Source: Lingula anatina (lineage: Eukaryota; Animalia; Brachiopoda). Taken from it: a DNA stretch of 64,000 nucleotides. Positions 26,205-38,939 of the stretch are shown piece after piece. Under the pieces are notes generated by a model, which was not told where the DNA came from, made no database searches, and worked only from the letters and a program-made list of their open reading frames with translations. The DNA lies in the NCBI GenBank assembly GCA_051362555.1, contig CM120643.1, positions 21,394,848 to 21,458,847 on the forward strand. The letters are read 5' to 3'. The translations under genes and the position numbers were made by a program. Numbering within the stretch: the stretch's first letter is position 1; every line of letters starts with the position of its first letter.

Positions 26205-28469
26205 ATGGGCCAAACTCATGGTAAGTGAACTAATCCTTAGCCGCTTACAATAAAAAAACTACGAAATAGCATGTAACTTGATGATAGATCTACGCAGGAG
26301 GCCAATAGATGACATAGATGGGGGAATACCCCCTCCCCCTTAATCACCAATCACCAAGATTAAAACAGCTCAATCACCAATCACCAAAATATATTCAGGT
26401 CAATCACCAAGAATTCCTGAATCACGTTTCAGCATCACGCTCGAAAAGTAATGCCAATCACGCGGAACGCGAAAGGTATGCCCTACCCTCATAGATATGG
26501 CGTGCATTATGACTCATTGCACCTGCGGTGCTACTGTAACGCAATCAGGCCACCTGGCACAATCCAATTGTGTAACACGGGCTACAGACTCGCTGTGGAC
26601 AAGACCCCTCTTTTGACCGTGAAATTGGCCAGGTGTCACTTGACCCTGGAACTGTGTAAACATTGCTTGTCTTCTATCTAGTGTATCTAGTGGACTCACT
26701 GCATTTTAACATTGCCTGATAAGTTTACTCACCTCTTTGGAGATCTTCGGATTGTGCTATTCGTTAAGTGTAACTTGGATTGGCAGGTAAGACGTACAGG
26801 TTACAGGTGCTTAATTAATATGTGTACCCGTTCAAGAGTACCAGGACATGTAAATCTTTGATTTTGGCGTATTTCCCCCCTAAATTCAGCTTTGATGATA
26901 AATGACTATGATAACAGGGTATGCTAATCAAATTCGTTATGCAGTTTTAGTCACCAGTCATGACGCTGCTTAATAATTGTAGGCTTTCATATTTTTGTAC
27001 ATAAATGTAGTAAGCTTAAGAGTATTTCCACCACATTGCTTCAATTAATCCCCATTAAACTGTTATTGGCACATTTGATAATATATAAAATTAAATAACG
27101 ATAACCAAATTTGAGGTATTTTATTTATTTATCATTATTTTTGTCTTTATTTAGGGTAGAAGCTAGATGGCATGTGCAAACTCCTATATATATAGTGCTT
27201 GCTTGCAGATCACTTTGTAAACTGAACTTGTAAAATTGACATTTCATCTCCCCAGGCACCATGCCCTTGATGGAGCCAGCCGTGGCCACAAAGAGGGCCA
27301 CTTTTGCCCTGAGATGATTTTGGTTCCCCGAGGCACAGTTTGGCTGTGTCCCGGGGGTGGTCCACACACGTGTGGGCTACACTGGGGGATCCACACCATC
27401 CCCTACTTACAGGAAAATGTAAGTACATTTGTGACACTGGTGTGATTAATTTTTTTCAATCAAGAATTACCCCAATACAAGTTTTGATATGCAGAAGGGT
27501 ATATAATATTATATTACTTGTATTCTTACACCCCATTCTCATAGATTAGATCGACCTACATTGGATCGACCTAACTCCCTGGGGGTTCACGCTAAATAGC
27601 TGTCAGCGGGCGGACACGAAAGTTAATTACCCCTTAAAGCTTGTAGTAGGCGGGGACGGACACTTAAGGGGGATTATCTGACAGTAATCTAGTGAGACTC
27701 CCCGCGGTGATAGATCGATCTAAAAGTTGTGAGAACAGAGCCTTAGAGAGTCTGGTAGAATTATGATTAATTTTAGTTTGTATTTAAAAATGAGTTGTGA
27801 GAATATTTTAAAAAGCTTGATTAATTGTAAAATGAAATGACTTAAGATTTTTAATCTGCCATACTTGTTTATCAAAATGGGTTTAGTTTTAAAAGGGGGT
27901 GGGAGTAGATTGCCCAGGTCTGGGGGACAGTCCTGAAGAGGTGAGAAGGTAGTTACACATATCATAGATAGCAAAGTGATGCATTGAAATGGGCAAAATA
28001 TAGGAAGCAATCTTCATTTTGAGTGCTATTGTTTTAACAAGTATGTATTAACTTTGCAATATTTGAGAAGGTTTATCTCATATCTTGATAAATTTCTTTG
28101 TCAGAATTCATATTCTGTTCAAAATATTTTTGTTTATATACAAAAACAAAGGTCAGTCATATGACATTTTTTCACTGTTCAACACAAGGAAAGTCTTTTA
28201 AATTTTGTTTAGGGGAGATCATACAGAAACAGTGGACTTGGATTACAATCCTGCACAGATTTCATATGAGGAACTCCTTGCTTTGTTTTGGAAATGTCAT
28301 GACCCTACCACCAATACCACTAACCAGTACATGTCAGCAATCTTTTATCATGACTCTGAGCAGAAGGCGCTGGCCGAGAAGAGCATGGAGGAACAGCAGA
28401 AACATATGGCAAGAAAAATTGCCACAAAGATTTTGCCCGCAACTGAGTTTTTTGAGGCAGAAAAGTAAG

Positions 28470-28510
<41 letters not shown>

Positions 28511-29987
28511 ATATTACATTACAATACATACATACATACATACATACACATGCACATGTAAGAGTAAGGGCTGAGAGAGAGGGGTGGGCTGTTGAGCCTG
28601 TTGCCATCTTAACAACATCAGGTTGCATAAATAGTTTACAATTCACATTGACAAAAAAATTCAGACAGCTAGGATGCATATCAGTTATGGTAAATTGATC
28701 ATAATAATAATAATGCTAATTGTTATTAACATACATCTCTTATGATTGTTAAACCAGCATGATTTACATAGCAAACCCTTTTTTGTTAGTTTGAATATTC
28801 ATGGAGAGATCCTTGAAGCTCTGATAAAATGGCATTGCTGCAACTTTCTCCATAACACTAAGAAATCCCATCTGCATTTCAGTAAAATGTTTGTTTCAGA
28901 CATTGAGCTAGAATTGCAAATTAGTACAAATAACACACAGTTTCTTGCAGATATTAACATTACATCAGAAATGGATGGGGGAGGTCCTTTCTGTTGTCCT
29001 GAATCTGATAAAAGTGTGTTTACAGAGCTCTCCTGTTACCAAAATATTTAAACTTACAAAATTACTGGTCATTATTTACAGCAATGACTCAATCTTTTCA
29101 AAGGGCAAAAAATTATCAGTCTTTCCAACACAATTTTTGGAATCATTAAATTTATATAAAATTTTGTAAATAGCCTTTTACTTTATAAAATAAATTATAG
29201 AGTAGCCTGCTTTTCAATTATGTTGGTACCACTCAAAAGGAGTGTTCTAATTTTAAAAATTTATGACTTAAAAAAATGCTGTGCATAACAGTATCTGTAA
29301 AATTCAGTTTTCCCCATCATTACCATACACTGTTTTAGCTATCACCAGAAGTACCTGCTGAGACAGCAATTCAAACTATTCGACACCCTGGGTCTTGAGG
29401 GACAGAGTTTGATCAGGTCTTATGCTGCTGCCAGGCTGAATGGTTTTGTTGGCAAATATGGTACTGTGGAACAGTTTGAGAAGGCAAGAAACTTGTTTTA
29501 TTTCCGTCTTATTAATATTTTAAGAGGAAGGCCATGTTTGAATGGGTGTTGTAACAAACCGATCACATATGAATTCTTTTTTTTCTCTAAATATAAAAAA
29601 GTTTTATGTAGTAATAGTAACCTAAGCAACATGGTGTAATTTTCATCTTTTAGGGAAAAGTTTACTTCTTTTTGTTCTTTTTTTTGAGATGCAAGTTTTG
29701 ATCTTAGCACAATTTTACTTTTCCTCATTTCAGTTATATTTCTTATGCATTTGTCACTTTTGTATTCCATATCAGTAAAGAACGAGTACAATAATAAAAT
29801 GGTGATATGGGCCAAACATGTAATAATGAACTAGTGACTCAAAAAATTAATATGTAAAATAAAAAAAAAAAGACATTTGTCAGTTTTTAATAGAATGTTT
29901 CTCTACAAATTCCAGGAATCCAAGGAGATGGGCCTATCCCAGTCTCAAATCACCCAGGTAAAGAGGGTCTTGGCTGCATCACCATAA
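26205..29987 (+). CDS. msrA: Peptide methionine sulfoxide reductase A, selenocysteine-containing
   Basis: Exons 26205-26220 (putative, MGQTH), 27256-27418 (ATG 27261; ATFALR-TGA-FWFPEAQFGCVPGVVHTRVGYTGG), 28213-28464 (GDHTETVDLDYNP..HDPT..QYMSAIFYH..FFEAE), 29339-29483 (NYHQKYLL..AARLNGFVG), 29916-29987 (stop TAA). All phases are compatible. Confidence 0.93.
27529..27742 (-). mobile_element. Harbinger-type MITE, diverged relative of 19814-20039, in a msrA intron
   Basis: Core is the reverse complement of the 19814 copy (ACAGTAATCTAGTGAGACTCCCC, CTAACTCCCTGGGGGTTCACGCTAAAT); TSD TTA. Confidence 0.8.
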
Positions 29988-30145
29988 AGTTATAACTTCT
30001 GGAACATTTTAAAATGGTGAAACGTGTGAACATCTATTGATATATAGATAATAGAAATGACAGAATCCTTGAACTATCTGTGATATGTACTTAATCTTTC
30101 ATGGGAGCTTTCTGACCTAAGAAGTCAGTACCTCCTTCAGGAATT

Positions 30146-30216
30146 TTGAGACATAGGATGAAACTCAGCAGTGTAATCAAAATTTTGAAGCTGCTTGGTG
30201 GATGGAAGTGTCTTGA
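30146..30216 (+). promoter_or_regulatory. SECIS element (type II) in the msrA 3' UTR
   Basis: Helix I TTGAGACAT/GTGTCTTGA; core ATGA (30158-30161) with GA (30201-30202); helix II ACTCAGCAGT/GCTGCTTGGT; unpaired AA at 30175-30176, 13 nt after ATGA; apical mini-stem TCAA/TTGA. Confidence 0.88.
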
Positions 30217-33200
30217 CATCCCTGTTGAGGTGACATGGCCCCTTAGGAAATAAAGCCCTTTTAATGGATCATAAATAAAATTAATTTTATGCATTTCCAT
30301 TAGTCTTGTTTGTCTACTTTAGTACAGAGGATTTGCAAGTTGAACAAAATTTTGAGCAAAACCTCTCTTACCAATTCCCTTTCTCTTCATGAAGCTGCTT
30401 TTGTGTCTTCAAAACTTACCAACTTCATTTTTGGGATTGCATAATTGGTCAAGTTTGAAAACAAAGTGGACCAGACTGACCCAGTGCTTTTAGAATGTAT
30501 TTATGAAAATCATATTACATTTAATTTTATAAAGGTGTAGCTCCAACAGATCCGTCCAAGTGTCAATATATTATCAGCTATTTCTGATCAAGTATTAAAA
30601 GCAATGAGTTATCAAGTTATTTACAGATTTAAATGGATCAAGTGATGGAGATTCCAAAACTTTGAGCAATACTGACAGAATTAGCATCTTTACGATGATA
30701 ATTTCTACTCCAGAGCTATGAAAATAAATACAATCACCGTGTAATATGGTAATGTTTTATTTTTGTCATTAATACTTAATACTGTGGCATGCAGTTACAA
30801 AGATATTTCAAAAGCTTTCAATGAATACACCATTTATATTTCATTACCATTATACCTACTTATCATAAACAACAGGGCAAGGACATTACTTTAACATTCC
30901 TTAAAAAACAATAAACTGAAATTTCTAATTTCAGTAGCAGGTATTGGTAACAATACATTTACTATTATTAGTACAATTCATAGGAGTGTTGGCTGTGGAA
31001 ATCCATTTTTGTGGTTCCCACATACATTTCAGAAATAACTTCAAGCAACAGTGCTTTTTTCATGTGATATGATAGCCATTTGTGCACAAATATCTGAATG
31101 CTTCCAAATAATAATAATAATAATTTTTATTGTTTTCTTCATAAAGAGAGGAAAAAGAATCAACTGACCTCAATTCTGTGCAAAATTGCATTTCTACCTT
31201 ATTGCTGATAAACTAAAGAAATTCAATATTTTTCAATTTCAAAGAAACCATAGACAAAAAAGAGGCATTTGAAAGATTTGTGTAATGACTATGCACCAGT
31301 GTGGACAATACAACCCTTGTCATGAGCAAAAACTTTGGAAATTAAGATGTCAGGACTTGTGCCTTTGCTTCTGGATTTTTGATCAATAACATACTGCTAA
31401 AAATATTGTAAATACGGCTTGTAATAAAAACCCAACAATTTGAAACAAGTTCTTATGTAAGTCTTCACAATTCTCAAGAAACAAGTAAATATTTCCTAAA
31501 TCCACATATATAGTGGATGCACAAATGCTACATTTACTATTAACAGATTTTATTGCTTATATAATGACAGTGGTACATGCAAACATTAAATCTTATACCT
31601 GGTATAAAAGTAAAAATATGGCGAGACTTCACTTTTAAGTATTGTATTTCCTTTTACACATTTACATCTGTGGTAGTCCCTTAACCTCAAATCCTGCATT
31701 ATCTTTACTTCAAATCCTGCATTATCATCAATGACACAGCATTCATAACTAACAAGGGAAGCACATGAAAAAATGTGACACATCTTTTATTTCTGCACCA
31801 CACTGAATGATGATCTCAATGTAGCTGTATTGCGGCACTCATTACATACCCCCCCGGTTAAAATTCTGCATCTTGACGTGATGGGAAGAGCAGAATTTCC
31901 CCATGTTAAGAGTATCATCCCAATATTTTTCACTGACAACCGATTAGTTGATAAATTATACCTAACAAATCCTGAACAAATTTGATCATTGCATGCCACT
32001 TCCACCGGCAAGTTTTCAAACAAATAGTCCCAGGAGAAGTAATCACATTAATAACCTTTTTCGACTGTTGTAGCATGTACAATACCGAGCTTTTAAAATC
32101 ATACCACACATTTTGCCTAATTGCATTCCCTGACTGTGTCAGTTTCCCCCTTGGGTACATGTACTCACTATCTAATTAGGAAATGACATCACCACTTGAC
32201 ATTTCAGTGGTATGATATCTCTCCAAGGTAATCCGTAAGTCATGCTACCTGTCAAAATGGGTTATTACTTTAAATTTTGCCTTCGTGGTGGTCATGTGAT
32301 CACCAGTGAATTTATCTCGCTGTCTGTCTATCTGTTAAGTCTGTCTGCCAGATAACTTTTTAAAAATCATATTGTCCAGAATTATTCCATGTTATAAGGT
32401 GAAGTGATATATAATGATGAAATACTGTTTTAGCATATCTTTATGTGATAATTGGCAAAATCACCCACCCTTTAACCATTGGATAACTGGTATTCAACTG
32501 AGGTACTTAGTATGTTTTTAATCTAATGTTTTCTTTCACAACTGAGCATTCAAAATTAAGAATGTTTCATAATTTAACAAGGGATATGGAAACTATATAT
32601 TTCCTATTTTAGCATGATAATTAGAAATAATGAGGAATGGCTTATATCCTATTCATTGCATTTTAAAGTATGTTTGCATTTTATATCATAGTGGTTGTGC
32701 GTATGTGATTGAGGGAAGTGCTGAAGCGGAAGGGGGGATAGAAATAATTTTATGAAATGGCTATCAAAGAAAAGGAGTTTAAAAAACATTTCAAAAAAAT
32801 TTATTACATGCATATTAAGGAAAGGCCCAACTGCTTTTTTTCCCATTACAGCGCTTGAGTAATATCTATAGACAACAGCTACAATACTGGACATATACTT
32901 TTTATGTGGTTCATATATATATATATATATGATGCACAAAGAAATAAAAAAAGTTCAATTGTGTACGACTGGTTTGTTTTTATGTAAATGGTGTCAGAGT
33001 TGGGAGAAGGATAACACTTAAATCAATACTTCATGGAAGCTCACTTGAGAATTTCAATCTGTGAAAAACAGCCTAATTCTGTTTGAAGTTTTCACCTTGG
33101 TGCGTGATTCAAAACCCACAGAACATAACACACATTTACAACACAAGGTGAAATATCTGTTTGTACAAAACAAACACTCCCATCTTTTCTTCAGTTCGTG

Positions 33201-33347
33201 ATTTTCTGGTGATCTGTATCAGCCGTTTAGTAGTTAAACTTTTTTACTGCCCATTCCAGGATGGGGCTTGTAAAAAACGCTTTAACTTCTCTGTACTAAT
33301 CAGCATATGGCACAGATGATGGCATTCTATTTGCAACATTTTCCTGC

Positions 33348-36034
33348 TCATGAGGACACATTGGTGACAGACTGTTTTCTCTCAACCTGCTGTTTGGCAC
33401 CTCCTGCATCTGCCTGTGCTGCCCTCTGTGCGCTACCTCTGCTGCCCCCAGGTGGGACACTGCTGTACGTCTGCTGCAGGCTAGCAGGGTGCATATATTG
33501 AGTTGATGGCAAACCTAGAGAGGAATAAAAAATTGTATATGTATACAATTTAATCTTTTTCTGGTTAACCTTGTTTTCTGAAAAAAAAAATTGTAGTAAC
33601 AAATATGCATATATGCAAAGAGTTAATAACCCCGCAATTTCCTGAGTACATACCCATCCTACTTACCAGTTCCCCACGGCAACTGACGACTGCTCCCCAC
33701 AACATCGCTCCACGATATCTGTGGTTGTACTGCGTCTGCTGCCTGGCTGGCATAAGTGCTTGAAGACAGGTCGGCTACCTGGTCAGCTGATACTGGCCGT
33801 GTCCAAACCTGTTTTGGGGGCCATGTATTGGTGGAGCGGGACTCCTATAATAAATATGTATTGATATATATCTGTTAAAATCATCTCAACACTGGCTTTA
33901 TAATGAAAAGTATTGCCTATGGTGCCGTTGTAAATTTTCCAAGTATGCAGGTGTTCAAACTTGGGTGAATATTTGACTGGAAAATTGTCTGCGATATGTC
34001 ACCAACTGATCAATTTACAGAGATCCTCCTTGTTTTCTTTTGATCTTACTTCTTCTCATCCTAAAAGTCTAACATCAACTCGTCTCAATGCAGCCAGAGG
34101 TCCCAAGGCCTAACTTACCATATGAAGGTCATCCACACTCCTGGGCCTGGCTTCAGCACCAACACCATGCAGCAATGGAGTCCCGTCAGAGAACTTGTGT
34201 TCACCACTGCTGTGTCTCCTCTTGTCATTGACGGCATTCATCAGATCTGTTCCCAGGGCCACCTGCTCCTCTATAGACGAGTCCTCATCACTGCTGTCAT
34301 CCTGGGCACCAGACCAGCTGAAACCAGGGCAAAGGTCAAGGTCATGTAAAAGCCAAACAAAGGTCAGCGGTTTAATTAGGTCCATTATGCAGTCACTCGC
34401 AACAAATTCTATATAGGGCTATCATCCTTGCACCAAGGAGGCTTAAACTAGGTCAAATGTCACAAGTTAAATCAAGGTCAAATGAAGGGTCAAACTGGGG
34501 TCATCAGCCCTCCTTCAAATACAAGATATAAACACTATTAATTCAATAGTCATATTAAACCCTTATCTTTAAAACTGGCATTCTATGACTGTAAGTGCAT
34601 TGAAAAAAGTAACACAGTTTTTGGTCCAGAAGCACCATCTCCTGGCTGTACCTACCTTGGTGGCCAGCTCCTATTCAGCTTGGCATCCCCTGCCCCCCAC
34701 CCTGGTCCCAGGAGATACTGCCCATCTTGGCCTGCCTGGGACACCAGAGCCATGTACTGGCTGTACTCCAGCTCTGGCGTATAGGCAGCAGCATATCCCG
34801 GCAGATACATCTGCTGGTTGGCAGCCATCATGAGGTCACTGGGGTAGCTCCCCCTATGGTGCATGGCGGAAGGCCAGGTGTTGCCGCGGGAGGAGTCTAG
34901 AGGAAGGTCCAGGAACTGCAGACCAGCATCAGAGTGGCGATGAGGCCCTGGGTTGGTGTACTGGAACTCTGCTGAGCTGGATGTGGACATGTTCATAGTG
35001 GAAGGGGTAGTGCCAGAACTGCTTCCACCACCAGATGAGGGGTCCATCCCATCGTCCTCGTGACCTTCACCTTGGAGTGAGATTTCTGGGATAGATTGCA
35101 TAGGTGGTTTGCGAATGCCTGACAGGAAATCGATAACGCTGTCCAGCACTTCTTGTGACACCGTGTGGCCATTAGGTGGAGGGACGCTCTGTGAACGTGA
35201 CAGCTTTAGGCAGGCTGCAGCAGCCCCAGGTCCGTCTTCATTCGATGGAGTGGAAGCAGTTTCCAAACTGGAAGAAGTTTGCAAAGCAGGCAGTGGATGA
35301 CTTTTAGGAATAGGTGTTGCTGAGCTTTGACTTGTTTTCTCAACAGGCAAGTTAACTGGTACCAAAGACATGTTCTGCAGCACAGAAGGTCCAGCTTTCT
35401 GATTGGCTGCACTCTTGGAATCATGGGAAGTGCCTGCTTTATCTTTGGTTTCACCAGCTGCCTTTTGAGCACCCTTATCCTCTGATTTCTCTTTTGACTG
35501 GCTGTCTTTTTGAGTGGTTAATTTTGATTGGTCTGCTGCTTTTAACTTGTCCAATGAACGTGGGGGTCTCTTTGGAACAGGCAGGATATCTTCCACATCT
35601 TTGATGGAAGAAAATTGGGAAAAAGTCTCCGTAACTGAGAAAAAGAACTGACACTGCAACCTTACGACTGCTACAAAGCATTGAGCAAGGAGCTGAAATA
35701 AAATGACAAACAAGTTTTGTAAAAATAACAATAATTTCAGCTTACGTATAAATTTAACAAAAGAAATTACACATTAGAAAGAGGACAATTTAAGCATGCT
35801 AACATCAGACCAAATCTGACTGGAGTTAGACAATATATGAAGTCATCGAAAGGTGGCTTTTACCTGTAAATTTTTGTCATGTGAAAACTTTAAGTAGGTT
35901 TGTGGTTAGTCTAAATATGAACATGGTATAGACTAGAATCTTATTTTAAGCACTGAATATCAAAATGTGATTCATTGGTAATATTTTCTGCTGTTTCTTT
36001 AACAGGTCAGTCCTAACTCTAAAGCAATGGGACT

Positions 36035-36083
<49 letters not shown>

Positions 36084-36481
36084 ATGTCTAACAGTCTGAT
36101 TTAGTGAAATACCTTTAAATTATCCTCGGACCGGTCATCTTTACTGGGCTCCAGCCTGTTGACCAGGCGCTGGATGAGTGTGTCCACTTCCTGTCTCACT
36201 TCATTGGTCACTGCCTGCGTGGCCATGTTCACATCCTCAAGTGCAGACTGAAACTGACCAGCAGTCTCGGAGTAGGCTGTCCCGTTAAACAATTCCAGCG
36301 CCTTTAAGGCAAGGAGAGATCCTGTCCCACTGAAGCGGCTCAAGGAGCCGATGAAATCCTTGGCATGAAGTCCAAAGTCCTGAACGTCGTACTGGAAAGT
36401 TTTCAGCGGGGTATGAAAGGTGGATCTGCTCTGAGTTGCAGTGTGTTTGGTGGGGGAAAACTTCTTCTTTAAGTTTTCCAT
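33348..36481 (-). CDS. GARRE1: Granule-associated Rac and RHOG effector 1 (KIAA0355) homologue, ~649 aa
   Basis: Exons 36481-36113, 35692-34656, 34317-34119, 33844-33667, 33514-33348 join in frame. LLAQCFVAVVRLQCQFF, DLMNAVNDKRRHSSGE and TNTWPPKQVW recall human GARRE1 segments (VLGRCFLTVVQVHFQF, DLVAAVKQRRKHSSGE, KTWPPKAPW) from memory. Likely upstream 5' exons at 42217-42158, 42391-42358 and ending at 46676. Confidence 0.78.
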
Positions 36482-38004
36482 TGCTGAAAAAAGCTGAATA
36501 TCTTGCTGAAGTACTACTGTTGCCAATGGTAGCTCAAATCCTCGACTGATTTCTCAAACTGAAATGAAAAAAAAATTCAAAATGAAAAAGCTTTGCTAGT
36601 TTTTATAACTAACTGTTGCGGAACAAGAAATACTTTTTGACATCAGTCAAACATACATATACAACTAACAGGTCAACACAGACCAATTACTACTATGTGC
36701 TAGTAGTGTACAGAACTCAAGCTGGCATTCATTACTGTATGAAGAGTTGAGCTCACAGATAAAAATCGCATATGGTTTTACCAAAAAGTTCTTATCAATC
36801 CCTGCAGTTTATTTGGCATTCCACTTGGGCAATTTTTTTTTTCACAGAGCAAATGCTGACTACATGAAAAGATTTCTTTTGTATCATACAAAGTGATTGG
36901 ATTTACCTGTCCCCATAGCTTTGCTACATACAGTGGATGACCAGACTAAAATATGAAACTGACCACACACATACACACACACACAAAGTCATCTCCAATA
37001 TCAATGGAGATGTCTCTTATTAACCTCTCTCCTTCACTTCATTCATGTATACAAGCACCTATATACATACATGTGCATGCATGCACAAGATACATACAAG
37101 CTAACAAACAAATTTCTCAATGGGAAAAATCAATACAAGACACAAATCAAAACAACCTTAATACTAAATGATAGAAAAAAACCTGCCTTGGCCATGACTG
37201 CAATGGAACTTATCAATCAACCATTTGTTTCATAGACAATATAAAAGGCTGCTTACCTTTTTAATGATATTTGTCTTGCCAGAAATTTTAATTCTCCCTG
37301 CTGACAATTGTAGAGTAAGATATATCTTGAAGATACTACTTCTTCTGGGCCAATAAGAGATTGTAAAACAAGTCCACTCTAAGACCAACCTCCCAAAACC
37401 ATCTTTCTGTCATTTGTTATCTGACTTTAGCAGCTTAAGGCCAAGTCCTTTTTTTCTCATGCTTTTTGTGAAACAAGATCCAGAGTTCTTGTCTTCCCCT
37501 ATGCAACAACTAGCACCTCCTAATTAATATAGGAACACACACTTGACTTGGAAGGCTGTCCAACTTTAAAGCTATGGGAACAAACCATGCAATTGAATGC
37601 TTTACTCCACTCTGATTTTTCTAAAGAATACAACTGATGGGCGATATTATTTAAAGAGTTGAACTAGAACCTTAGCCATATCACATCCATCTCTCTCTCT
37701 CCTATTACAAAGACCTTTCATTACATCCAAAGACATTAAAGGAAAGATAAGGACTTGGTGACTTCATGTTTCAGTACTTAAGTACGCATTTCACTTTTGA
37801 ACTTCATCAATTTCTGAGAAGCAAAATGGGATAATTTTCTTGGTATTCCTTTTCCATAATGGAAAGGTCAGACTGTTTAAATTCGAAAATAGCAATAACA
37901 ACAAAAGTATATTATTGTGCGTTGTAATTCAATGACTTTTTAACAAATGTTTTCATCATGCTAAGGTAAAAATTTTATGTTAACTGGATAAAAGAGAACA
38001 AAAA

Positions 38005-38070
<66 letters not shown>

Positions 38071-38939
38071 TATAACAGACTGGTCCACATTTGTATTAAA
38101 GATGTGTAGTTGGTTTGAAGCAAATTCATACATACAATGAAGAAAGAGATTTTTTAACCTGCTAACACAAAACATTTTCACTACCCCACAGGCAATTTTG
38201 GGCACTGGCAACTCTGATTAAAGTCAAATATTCCTACAAATTATCTGAGGCAACAAAGCACATCAATTACTTTTTGATATCATAAATTTTGCACAAAGAA
38301 ATAATTTTCGTGAATTGGAAAACACTCCGATTTCTCGTCTCTTGTGACAGCAGCAATACAGAGTAAAGGCAGACATAATGTGTTTTTCTAAGATAACCCA
38401 AGATGGAAGAAAACCACAAAATAACTTTCTGACCAACCACCCTTAAAAAAAAAAAAAAAAAAAAAAAAAAATTACTGTGCACTTGTACTTACCTTACCCT
38501 GAGTGAGTTTGTTAACTAAATATGTGCTATTTTTTGCCCACTATTATCGATTTCTATAGAAATGGGATAAAACATTCCATTGTAAGTATTTTGTCACACA
38601 TTTGTAATACATTATCTGTCTTAAACTGTAATAAATAAAATAAGGATCTGTTTTTGGCTAAATAAATATATGCATACTTATTAATTAATACAAAAATTAT
38701 CAAGAGAGAGAGAACAAGGCTTTCTTCCTAGTTCCAGAAATCATGCAAGCACATTTCATTTCAAACATCTAATAGTGACAAAATCAATAACAAGGCAGCA
38801 AAGCTGTCAAATGTACAGACAAAAAGCAGGAAATAACAAAATAGGCTACTGTCAATTCTGATACAAAAGTACATTATGTTAAACTGCAAATTCAACATCA
38901 AATTTTAATTATACTCAACAGGTAATACCAATGTAAGTA

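Noticed and set aside
26313-26494. Small MITE with AATCAC repeats in the first msrA intron
   Set aside because: Terminal inverted repeats and TSD are too degenerate to define with confidence.
27315-27317. msrA as a pseudogene with a nonsense mutation
   Set aside because: The stop falls exactly on the catalytic Cys codon, all other exons are intact and a SECIS is present.
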